Source: Salisapilia sapeloensis CBS 127946 (Eukaryota; Protista; Oomycota). Taken from it: DNA of 64,000 nt. The position numbers and the translations under genes are program-made. Under the pieces are notes generated by a model. That model did no database searches, had not been told where the DNA came from, and saw only the letters and a list, made by a program, of their open reading frames with translations. The DNA lies in contig JAADVB010000046.1 of NCBI GenBank assembly GCA_023334545.1, positions 1 to 64,000 on the forward strand. The letters are read 5' to 3'. Positions 12,928 to 23,418 of this stretch are shown here, piece by piece; the stretch's first letter is position 1, and every line of letters begins with the position of its first letter.

Positions 12928-13838
12928 CTATTCCTCCACCCCAACCCAGCTTTGGAACGTGAGGATAAACTCCTGGAAAGTGATAGTACCATCGTGATCA
13001 ATGTCCATTTCTTTAAACCGCTCAGTATGAATATCCCTGGTCGTCGCACCGGTACGCTTCCTTTCCAGCGACGACTTTCTTGGTGTATCACCTTCCATTT
13101 TCATGTTTTTGCGTACTTCACTCATTTGAATCGTGCCGCTCGCATCATCGTCGAAGAGCAAATAGGCCGATATCATGATGTCAAAAGCCTTGGTAATTGC
13201 TTTGCCTGGTTTGTCATCAGATCGCGATTTGGAGTCCATGTCTATAGCCGTTATTCTGTCATTATGATCTGGAACTCCTGGAGGCAAGTCCACCGTTTCT
13301 TGTGTATGCGGGACGTAAAGAGATACTTTGTCAAAGTTCTTGATGAGGCCAAGTAGATGGCCAATGGCTAGTGACACAACAAATTCATTGTTGCTTAATG
13401 CTTGATCACGCACCATATCGGACTCGTAGAATATTTCTCTCATGTCTTTTTCTTCCATCATCGCTCCTAAAGATTCCATCGCAGCTTTAAGTCCGTCGTA
13501 ATCCAATCCATTCTTCTCTTGCTACAACATCGATAAGTATTTGTCTCACAGTTGATGACATCAAATTACTCGTGTACACTAGAAAATTGCTGGTAGATGG
13601 AATGGAGAATCTGTAGACCATTTCGAGCGACACCAAACTTCATAGCTATCTGCTCAAAGTGGAAAGACTTGGGTTTGGATGACTTGTCATTGCGTTTAAG
13701 CTCTTGAAGCGTTATGATTAACCGCGCATCAATTCCTGTTGTTGATACTCTCCTCGCGGATGATCTGGCGCTAGCTGCTTCACTCATTACCGGTGGATAC
13801 GCATGCGTCTGTCTGCCCTTGATGAGTCCGCCTCCCAT
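12928..13838 (-). CDS. EF-hand calcium-binding protein (calmodulin-like, similar to plant CML21/22), 2 exons
   Basis: EF loops DDDASGTIQMSEV and DIDHDGTITFQEF; C-terminus FQEFILTFQSWVG; one intron around 13520-13580. Confidence 0.75.
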
Positions 13839-14096
13839 CTTCTGTCGGTTGTCAGAATCCACACTGCAGATCGCTACCCACCTTTATCCTCAGAATAGAG
13901 GATGCCTTGTGACTTTTTGGTATGATGTTTCTCTGGTTTATAAATACATTTCAAAGACCCAGCACCTTTTTTATTATCCATTTCATTTCGTCTCGTCTTA
14001 CTAGTAATCTGGCTTTATTCCGGCCAGGACATGACGCCCGTAGCATCTCTTATGATCGGCGTTAGGTTGCTTTAAGTTGGTTTGGATTTCTATAGT

Positions 14097-16745
14097 TCAT
14101 CTTCGTTTTGTTTTATCTTGCGTGGTTATCGCATTGCTGCAAGGCTCCTCCGCCAGTTTCTCGAGCTCCTCCATCGTCTGTGGGTGTTGACTGAAAATCT
14201 CATCCAGTCGCTTTCGAAAGGCCTTGACAACTTCCCCGAATTCCATGTACCCTGCATCCAATGCGACGAAGAGGGCATCGAGGACGGGGAAAAGGAGACA
14301 AAACATCTTTTCAAAAACATAGTTGTCCGTGTCTTGTAGCAAATCATCCCACGTCTCGTATGTCGATAACGCGGCAGGTTTCTTCGGTGGATCCGTATCA
14401 TTATTCGTGACGTTAGCAGCAACAAGATATGTAAACGTCTTCATGGCGTTTGGAGAGCATCCTTCTGAGTGGGTGCCAGCATCGCCAAGACCCAAGACCT
14501 CGGACATCATGGCCACGACATTAATGCATGCAATGGCGAGTGGGTAGTTCTTCATGTCTCCTTCGCTTACGCCATACCGTCTCCGCTGTAGTATATCGAC
14601 GAACTTTTCCGAGGGGTATTCGAAAAAGTATACGAGGCAGTAGAGACCTAGTAATCCACTGGAGCGAAGGTCGGATGCTGGTCCTCCTCTTTGAAAACCT
14701 AGCTCTAACCACTTGGGGTCATTGTTACCAGTGTATTCGTCCGTCGGGAACGCTTTCGACCATAATCTCTTTAGCATCAATTCCATCGTCTTTTGATCCT
14801 TCGGTGGTCCATTCGTCTCTGGCTTGACATTCGCACGCAAAAGCCGACGTAACCTCCCGACGGAAGTCTGATACGCCTTTCGAATCCGATTGCGTTTGCG
14901 TAGCTCACTTTCGATGATCCCAGGAGATAACGTCGCGGCGTATGAAACAGCTCGGAACCATGATCGGCATTCATCCGGACTGTTGCAGCCTAGAACAATG
15001 CGTCCGAGGACTAGAAGACTTTTGTCTTCTCTACATGAGATCGGGAGACCTGCCAGTGACAGGGCGTACCATGGTCGGGTGTAAACGTCTCCGTCTTCCG
15101 GGTAGAACACGATGCAGTTCTCATGCAAGCAGACGAGCAACCGACCTTTTAATGTTGTGTTAAGCACCAAGTGCTTGAGGTCTGGCGATATGTTCTTCCG
15201 TTCTAAAACGCTCGTCTTGAGTACAAGGCGAGGCGACCGTTCTTCCAAGTCGCATCCGCTAATCTTATTATGCAAAATCTTGGTCATCAACGCCAGCAAG
15301 TCATCTCGCCCTTCATGCGTGTCCAGGAAGAGTTGCCACGGACGTTGTCTGCTTTTAAAGTGGAGCACGATGCCGTGCTCTTCGTTCAAGCCTTTATGAT
15401 GGCTCTTGGAGACAGACAAGAGGTCAGTGAATGGAATCGTCGTGATCGTTTCACCACGACGAGAGTTTGTCAACGTCCGTTCAGCAAAGTTTAACTCTAG
15501 CACTCGAGTCCGTAGGCGTGAACCACTGTTTGCCTTGCGAACTCCGTAGCGTAAGAGGAAGCCTCGGATGCCTCGATCTGCCCAGATGCGCTCCAAGTCA
15601 GATAGACCTTCGAGGGCAGACGCGTTGCCTGCGTTGATGGTAGTTTGGATGGCACGTGACCATTCCGTCAAGTCGTACGCAGACAAGGCTGCGAGAAGGA
15701 TCTCGTGGTTGGAAGCATCACCAGATGTGGCGATACGGAACTCGTGCTCTCGACCGGGTTTTGGTGGCACGACGCATCGAGAGGTAGATGTGAGAACGAT
15801 GGTTTTCACGGGAGAGTTGCCCGTGTCGTCTTTGCTGTAAGTTAGGACCGGGCCTTCCGGTAGAGATTGTAGTGTGAACCATCGACGGTGCCACTTCGGA
15901 ACGACATTTGCCTTCTTGACGAGCCACCCTTGCTTGATAGCAGTCGAGTCGAGCCGTTTACGACTGGAGACACGATATGACGCAAAGGAGGCACGCAATT
16001 TCCGACTATCGATTTTCCCTCGACTATCCGACCTAGAAAGAGACGTATCGACGACGTTGGCACTTAGTTCGTCAAAGAATCGATCTCGACCGAGATCAGC
16101 GTCAAAATTTGATGCTTCATTCGCATCCATGTGGACGGATTCTCGACGAGATGAGGTGCGAATGCAGTCAAATGGAAGTTGATCTGTCAATTCGTCGTGG
16201 AGCTCACCTTCGATACTAACGCCAGAGGACTCCAATGTGCCGGATAATGGAGGCAGTGTGCCGGATGTGAGGAGTGGAGAATCGTCTTCGGAATGCCCAG
16301 AACAGGATAAGTCGGTTAGTTCCGAATCACTCTGTCGATGTGTGTCGAATGAGTTGGCGAGATCAATGTCGAGGAGTGCATGGTCCGTATAGTCGGTTTC
16401 GGCTTCTACGTTGCGATAGCACGAGTCAGCTAGAATACTCGGGTGATACATGTGATGTCGAAGAATTACCTTCAGTGGTCTGTGTATTGTTCGAAGTACA
16501 GGCCATGTCCGTGTCTTTATCTGCCGTGTCGGATAGTGCCATAGAGAGCCGAAGGTCGGAGGGGATGTAGGTGAGCCGCAGCGAATCCATATCCGACGGT
16601 CGTTCTTCATGCTCATCGACTCCATCAATAAGTGACTAAATAGAGCATGCATCCGTTAGTTGAATCCGAGTAGAGTATGAGAAAAATCATGTACATCGAG
16701 CGTATAGAGGTACTCGTCCGAGACTTCATAAGGTGCTTGTGCCAT
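14097..16745 (-). CDS. PH-domain + ELMO/CED-12 domain protein, 3 exons
   Basis: PH domain KQGWLVKK...WHRRWFTL...EWSRAI. ELMO domain LWSKAFP...WLELGFQRGGPASDLRSSGLLGLYCLVYF, YPLAIACINV. 5' exons MAQAPYEVSDEYLYTLD|SLIDG...TTE|ADSCYR are joined by GT-AG introns. Confidence 0.8.
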
Positions 16746-17060
16746 TTTGGAAAATGAAGACGAAATTCGGAAAGTTGGAATCGGGTGATTGTTGCCCGAT
16801 CGAGTGCCCGACACAAGTGCGACGAAGCTCAAGAGGCTGGTAGGAAGAAATGCAGCACGCAAGGAGCACACCGCCGCCTCTTTCCCAATACCAACTCCTC
16901 GAGGGCACAATCGAACGACCCGCTCTTCGTCGAGTGGTACTATGTACCTGCACTGATCCAAATTGACAGACGGTGGTGCCTCATAGAGAGATACTGTAGT
17001 GTCGAAGAGTATGTTGCGCCGCTAGTCAACAATCCGTTGCTACTGGATTGCCAATAAAAT

Positions 17061-18011
17061 CTATCTACGTTTCAAGGCTTTCGCAACGATACGCTCAAGG
17101 ATTGAGTGAAAGAAACGTCGGATTGCGCGTTGACGGAACAACAATGTTCGAGCGATACTTGATGAGTACTACCTTTGTGCTATATTCGTCAGCTGTGGAA
17201 AGCACAAACTCTGTTGATGCTGCTCTTTCGTCGAATAATAAGAGGGCTATTCTGGCGCAATATTACTGTTTTTGGCTTCGCCAGCACATGACCGTTGTGC
17301 ATGGAAACGACATGGCAACACTCAACGGCCACATCGGTTTCCATTGCCAATATGACTCTACTTTTCTTCCGCCCCTTGCTTGCAGAAACTTCTCGGTCTA
17401 GTTCTTACACTTGTGAAGAATGTACTCGAACTAACATGGCTAGTGAGCGTTATGCAAGTACGCAAATTACAAGCTGACTAGTGTCAGCTATCAAGATAAC
17501 CTCGACGACTTTCTTCTTGCAGAGTGTATCTACTAGATATCGCCTTGCGCATGTAAGTCAGATAGTTGTGCTCATTTAGAAATTTAGATAAATAGTAAAA
17601 GTCTGAGTCGGATGTTTGTCGTGAACTTCTGTCCTGTGGCTTTGTCTCCACAGCGAAAAGCGTGCCTATTAGCTCTGTTTACCATCGTGCATACACACTT
17701 TACTCTGCAATTGCCTACTTGATAGGGGTGTGAAATACCTTGCAGAAACTGTAGAGATTCCCGTGCTACCTTGACCTACCTTTTCTACGATTGTCCCATG
17801 TCCAAATAACATGGATGAGGTTGTTCCTGAGAAGCCATAAACGATCGTCGAGACAAAGCTAGAAACTTGGCCACCCTACTCGAGCTTTTCACTAGTTGAA
17901 TTTAGAGCTATGATCTATTTTACGTTCAACTTCCAAGATTGCGCGTATTTTGCGGTTCAGTAGATACAGGTTTTGTAGACCAAAGGCAATTTTGCGTGAA
18001 AGTGTATGCAT
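17061..18011 (-). CDS. Putative multi-exon hypothetical protein, head-to-head with CSN6
   Basis: Several stop-free minus-strand segments bounded by AG/GT (GTLFAVETKPQ...YLDS, IALLLFDERAASTEF, ARTLLFRQRAIRRFF). No family recognised and the splice model is unresolved. Confidence 0.3.
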
Positions 18012-18076
18012 ACAGCAGTTTGTTTACTGAGACAGTTCTCAACCGAATAGGACTCGGATCGATCATATTATCGGAC

Positions 18077-19259
18077 ATGGATACGGAGATGCAGGACGCT
18101 TCGACAGTAGGAGAGACCGATTTGGTGGTTCAAAAGGAAGAAGATAATGGAGAACGTAGTGTCGAGCTTCATCCTCTCGTAATTATGAATGTTGCGGACC
18201 ATTACACGAGACTCAAGTGTGCTGGGTCTGTGGATGTTGGCGACGGAGACGGAGTGTCGAACGATCGTGTCCTTGGCATCCTATTTGGTGTCCAGGATGG
18301 ACTCAATGTATCTGTGTACGACAGCTTTGAGTTTAAGTACCAGGTTGTGAACAAGAACATCGAAATCGACCGTGAATTCGCCCAATCACGTATCGGACAA
18401 AGTACATTATCGTCTACTTTTACTAGTAGAAACTGCATTTCTCATCTCTCTCCTAGTGTCACAAGTATTCCCTGGCTTTGAACTGCTTGGATGGTACTCT
18501 GTTGGAAGTCATGTTCGTCAAAGTGACTTGGCAATCCATCGACTGGTATGCCATGTGTGCGTTTGATACGAACGAAAACTAACGCAGCATGTAGATTCTG
18601 GAGTTTAATGAAAGTCCACTCTATCTCTTGATGAACCCCGAGACGACGACAAATCAAGAAAAGAAGAAACTACCAATTGAAATGTTCGAGTCAAAGTTGC
18701 ATGTACTGAATCAAATTCCAACCATGCTCTTCGTCCGAACGTCTTTCAAGATCGAAACGTCCGAGACGGAGAAACTAGCTGTAGATCACATTTCGAAAGT
18801 GGCACCACAAGGAGCAGCTAACCGGTCCTCCCGTACGTTTTAATCCTCTTTTCTGTTTATAGGAAGCTAATATACAGACATGTACTAGTACACAACTACC
18901 TGGGCAACATCCGAGACGCTGTCAAGATGTTGGATCGGCAAGTAAACACGCTCATCACAGTTCTCGTGGCCATGCAAAAAGGTACATTCAAGGTACAGAT
19001 CATTTCCGTGAAGCTAACCTGTCGGATTGTAGGTGAAATCCCGATGGACTACAACCTCGCTCGACAGATTTCCAGTGTATGCAACCAACTTCCAGCCTTT
19101 GACGCCGCTGCCTTTGACAAGACCTTTACTACGGAATACAACGACTCGTTGCTCATCGGGTACCTCGCCGCCGTCACGAAAGGAGCTGCAGATACGAACA
19201 CCATCATCGACCGCTTCAACCTCACTCGAGACCGTCATTCACGAGGCACACTCATCTAA
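18077..19259 (+). CDS. COPS6: COP9 signalosome subunit 6 (MPN- domain), multi-exon
   Basis: VELHPLVIMNVADHYTR, RVLGILFGVQDG, DSFE, QVFPGFELLGWYS, IETSETEKLAVDHI and EYNDSLLIGYL. Confidence 0.88.
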
Positions 19260-19420
19260 TAAAGCTCCCACATCCTATTGGAACGTTTCGATACTATCTC
19301 TCTACATTAAACGACCTTCGAGCAACCTCTTGTCCTATTAAAATTGTATTGTAATCTCCAAATGAATGCATCTACTCCCCACCACGGAATCATAAATCCA
19401 CTTGATCACCGCTTGCCACG

Positions 19421-20782
19421 ATGCCCATTGATCTCAATCGACTGCGACAGGAGCGAGGTGGGGACCCGGATGCCGTTCGGGAAGACCAGCGCAAGAGGTT
19501 CAAGCCTGCGGATGCCGTTGACAAAGTCCTGGCTTTGGACGAACAGTGGCGACAGAAGCAGGGCGAGGCCGAGACGCTCAGTATGAACATGAACGCTTTG
19601 CAAGCGAAAATCAAGGAATTGTCCAAAGCCAAGGAAGACTTTTCGGCCATTAGTGCCGAAAGAAAGGAATTGGCGCAGAAATTGCCCGGGTTGAAGCAAG
19701 AGGCGGAAGATATTCGTCTTGCTTTGGAAAAAGAGCTTTGTAATCTAGGCAACACGGTCGATGATAGCGTCCCTGTTTCTCAGAATGAAGACGATAATGA
19801 AATCGTACGTCAATGGGGCACTCCCCTCCAATCGGAGAACTTGCAGTACCACCACGACCTCTTACATCGCATCGGTGGGTACGAACCGGAGCGAGGCGTC
19901 AACGTCGCTGGTCACCGCGCCTACTTTTTAACTGGCGCTGGGCTCATGCTGGAGCAAGCCATCATCTCTTACGCGTCTGCTTTCCTGAACGCTCGCGAGT
20001 ATACGCTCGTGAAGCCTCCTTTCTTCATGAACAAGGACATGATGGGCCAGGTGGCGCAGCTAGGAGACTTTGACGAACAGCTCTACAAGGTCACGGGAGA
20101 AGACGAAAAGTACTTGATCGCGACGTCCGAGCAGCCTCTTTGCGGTTACCACAAGGGTGACTGGATCACTGAAAGCTCGCTCCCGCTAAAGTATGGTGGT
20201 GTATCCACGTGCTTCCGGAAGGAGGCCGGATCCCACGGAAAGGATACGTGGGGTATCTTCCGCGTGCACCAGTTCGACAAGGTCGAGCAGTTCTGTCTGA
20301 CGGACCCGGAGTCGTCGAACGAGATGCACGAAGCCATGCTCAAGACGGCGGAGGACTTTTACCAGTCGCTTGAGCTTCCGTACCGAGTCGTGAACATCGT
20401 CTCGGGCGAATTGAACGACGCTGCGTCGAAAAAGTATGACCTCGAGGCGTGGTTCCCTGCTCACAAGGAGTACCGGGAACTCGTGTCGGCGTCCAACTGC
20501 ACGGACTTCCAGGCTCGTGCAATGGAGATCCGATGCGGCGTGAAGAAGCAGAACGAGCGGGAGAAGAGGTATGTCCACATGCTTAATTCGACCTTGTGTG
20601 CGTCGACTCGTACCGTGTGCTGCATCTTGGAGAATTATCAGGATGAGAATGGTGTCGTGGTGCCGCAGGTCCTCGTGCCGTTCTTGGGTGGCAAGACATA
20701 TCTTCCATTCACGCGTGAAGCCAAGGTGAATGTCCAGGCGACCAAGATGCAAAAGGCTGCCAAGAAGAAAGGTAAAAAGTAG
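19421..20782 (+). CDS. SARS: Seryl-tRNA synthetase, cytosolic
   Basis: Intronless 453 aa; N-terminal coiled arm, LIATSEQPL, motif 2 FRKEAGSHGKDTWGIFRVHQFDKVEQF, ELVSASNCTDFQAR, motif 3 HMLNSTLCA. Confidence 0.97.
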   Translation: MPIDLNRLRQERGGDPDAVREDQRKRFKPADAVDKVLALDEQWRQKQGEAETLSMNMNALQAKIKELSKAKEDFSAISAERKELAQKLPGLKQEAEDIRLALEKELCNLGNTVDDSVPVSQNEDDNEIVRQWGTPLQSENLQYHHDLLHRIGGYEPERGVNVAGHRAYFLTGAGLMLEQAIISYASAFLNAREYTLVKPPFFMNKDMMGQVAQLGDFDEQLYKVTGEDEKYLIATSEQPLCGYHKGDWITESSLPLKYGGVSTCFRKEAGSHGKDTWGIFRVHQFDKVEQFCLTDPESSNEMHEAMLKTAEDFYQSLELPYRVVNIVSGELNDAASKKYDLEAWFPAHKEYRELVSASNCTDFQARAMEIRCGVKKQNEREKRYVHMLNSTLCASTRTVCCILENYQDENGVVVPQVLVPFLGGKTYLPFTREAKVNVQATKMQKAAKKKGKK

Positions 20783-20821
20783 ACATGGTAACAAGGTTCT
20801 TTTGTCTTTCCACTCTTGTAT

Positions 20822-21813
20822 CTAAACCACTTGCGGAAGTGCGAGCTTGTGGATAAAGTTGCGTACTTCACAGTAGCGAATGTTTTCGTCCATGACATCG
20901 GCGTCGATGCCCAATTTCCATGCTAGATCATATCGGTTCGGGTCGATATGGAGGTTCTCGAGGTCATCCACGTACCGCAAGCAGTCGTCCTTGGACTGGA
21001 AGAAGCCGAGACTAACGAGTTTATCCGTTCGGCAGTACGTCAGTCGAGCGAGTTCATGCAAATCGTACTCGGGGTGGTACTGAACGGCCCAAAAGTCGCC
21101 CTTCTTATGTCTCAATGCCACTGCCTGGATGTTCGTGAAGGCATTTGAGGCGAGACATAGTGTACCAGGCTGGACGTGCGTGATCTCGTCATTATGAGAG
21201 GTGAAAGCATCAAAGACACTCGGTTTGCCTTCGAACATCGGATGAGCTCGACCTTCTGGAGACAAGATGATCTTTCGAGAGAGGCCCATCTCGCGACCAC
21301 GAGGGTTGGCAGCACAGACACCGCCGGCAGCTGCCACAGCGATTTGTGCGGCCCAGCAAGATCCGAATTGGGGCAGACCGACCTCGAAGATTTCATCCGC
21401 GAGCTTGAGTTGGCGGGCGACGCGAGGGTCATCCGTCTTGTGGACCGTCAAGGAGCAGCCTGTCCATGCCACGGCGTGGTACTGCAAGCATAATGTTAGA
21501 TAGGAGCCGATTGGAGAAGAGTAAAACGATGTACATTGGATAGGTCGGGCATGGAAAAGGACTCGTCGGACGGGTAGATGACGTCGCATTTGACATTGCC
21601 GCCTGGAGTGCACTTTGCAAGCATCTCACGGTATAGTTTGCCTGCAGTGGAGGCACCACCAGCTTCCAGGTCAGCACGACCGTCTTCTGAATACCCGTCC
21701 ACAATGAGCATGGACAGAGGTTTTTGAGTCGTAGAGACCGAGCGAGCGAGAGGGGAGTTTCTGCCATTGGCAAGGCCCTTGCTAAGGAGTTGAAGACCTC
21801 GAGTGGCTATCAT
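20822..21813 (-). CDS. Class I glutamine amidotransferase-like protein with putative mitochondrial transit peptide, 2 exons
   Basis: Exon 1 MIATRGLQLLSKGLANGR...LIVDGYS, intron about 21485-21535, then WTGCSL, nucleophile FGSCWAAQ and QYHPEY (His-x-Glu). Confidence 0.8.
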
Positions 21814-22540
21814 GATTGATGGGCGCTTGGGATGGGAGGAGCGAGCTGGTGAATGATCCGCACGCGATGCCTCTTCGTAAGGAATCTTGAAGGGATGCAA
21901 GCAGTGGTTGAGTGAATGTTGCTGGAAGATGAAGAAGTTCGAATCAGATCTGATTTTGTCTTGGTTTGGGGCGATTGATGTCCTTGTGTTTGTTTCTTTA
22001 CGAGGACAGTGTGTGTGGTGTGTATAAAATACCATACCAAGCATGCCTATTCGCATGCTATTCAAAATGCGGCTACTGTTGCCCTAAATATGCGCCATAA
22101 CGTTTGTGCATATTCTGGCAATGTTTGGCCAAGCAAAGACACAACCCGTCTCAGATTTCGGCGAGATTACCACTGCCTTCTCTACATTTCGAGTAGAATG
22201 TTTACCACGCATACCAATCACAAACGAAACAACTTGAGAGTATGAGTCCGATACCAACACAAGCCTAGGTTAAATGCGGATATGAGTAGAACGCTTGTTC
22301 ATCGTTAATATGAGAAGGGAAATGAAGGCGTTAAGTGTGACAACTTTTACCACATACTTGCTAGGAAGATCTACCACAAAACTGAAATTCTTTCAGTCTA
22401 ATATGCATTACAGGCGTCGTTTCCGATCCTTTGCATTTACGCTTATCTGATATAAAGTTATTTCATTGTAAATAATTTCATAACATAAATAAAAGTTATT
22501 TTTATCATAAATTTCAAAACTGCTAAAGTAACAGCAATCT

Positions 22541-23077
22541 TCAAGTATAAATTTCTGCAAGAGTTCCGGCTAAGAATAAATTATGAAAGCTCGATCCTTC
22601 ATGCCGCCACGAAGGCAGTGGTACTCGAGGCTTGTTGAGAATTAGAGTATCTGAAACAGCATAAACTGAGGTAGCTGGTCGTTTTTGGCAAAACTTCATG
22701 TCGTCTGTCTTGCAATAAATCAGCTTTATTTTATATGAGAGCTGGTCGGAACGTAAGCATGTACTCACATGTCAAAACACTTTTACAATTTCTCTCACGA
22801 TAGGAAGATTCTCTTTGGCATCCCTCGAGCTAGTTCTGTCAGTGAAAAAATATCCTTGATGATAAAAACGGATATGTATTTCTGGCAAAATGCACTGGCA
22901 AAATGCAGCTCGAACTGCCCATGTTGTATGTCTCTTCAATTCACTTTCGTATTGAAGGTAATAAAGGTTGCGTGAATTTAAAATATTGCCGACAACGTCT
23001 TTATACTCAAGCGTACAAGGCATTGTTGGTGAAGCCTTCAAGCACGCGCTTAATAGTGATATGAGTATGAAATACAT
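22541..23077 (-). pseudogene. Small secreted Cys-containing protein gene, apparently frameshifted by a 13-bp tandem duplication
   Basis: Signal-peptide-like MYFILISLLSACLKA; (CTGGCAAAATGCA)x2 at 22882-22907. Removing one copy lets candidate GT-AG introns join downstream exons in frame. Confidence 0.35.
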
Positions 23078-23418
23078 TTGATAAGTTACCGATGAGCATC
23101 ATATGATGCATAAAGACGCATTATAGTTCCAAGAGAGCAGCTAGTCGCTGTAGTGCTAGCTCCTGATTATCCTTTTTCCTAAAAGCATGTAGTTGACAGC
23201 ATAAAAACAAAGAGTGTGTTGTTTGTGTCGTATTGTGCAATGTCTTTAAACCGTTGACTGATTCAAACTCTTCGTCCTCGATCGACTGTCGTCGCTTTTC
23301 TCGATGGCAGCGACATTCAGGGGTTCCGAGTTTTGTCCAGCACAAAGGTATCGTTGGTATCCCTGCAATCCAGTGCAATACTTAGTCAACTCCGCCATAA
23401 AAACATCTTTTAGACCAC

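Noticed and set aside
20750-20782. Lys-rich SerRS tail KKAAKKKGKK as a novel NLS
   Set aside because: Basic C-terminal extensions are common in eukaryotic cytosolic SerRS.
20186-20794. Long antisense ORFs over SerRS, purF, CSE1, ATP4 and the permease
   Set aside because: Expected shadows of GC3-rich codon usage in highly expressed genes.
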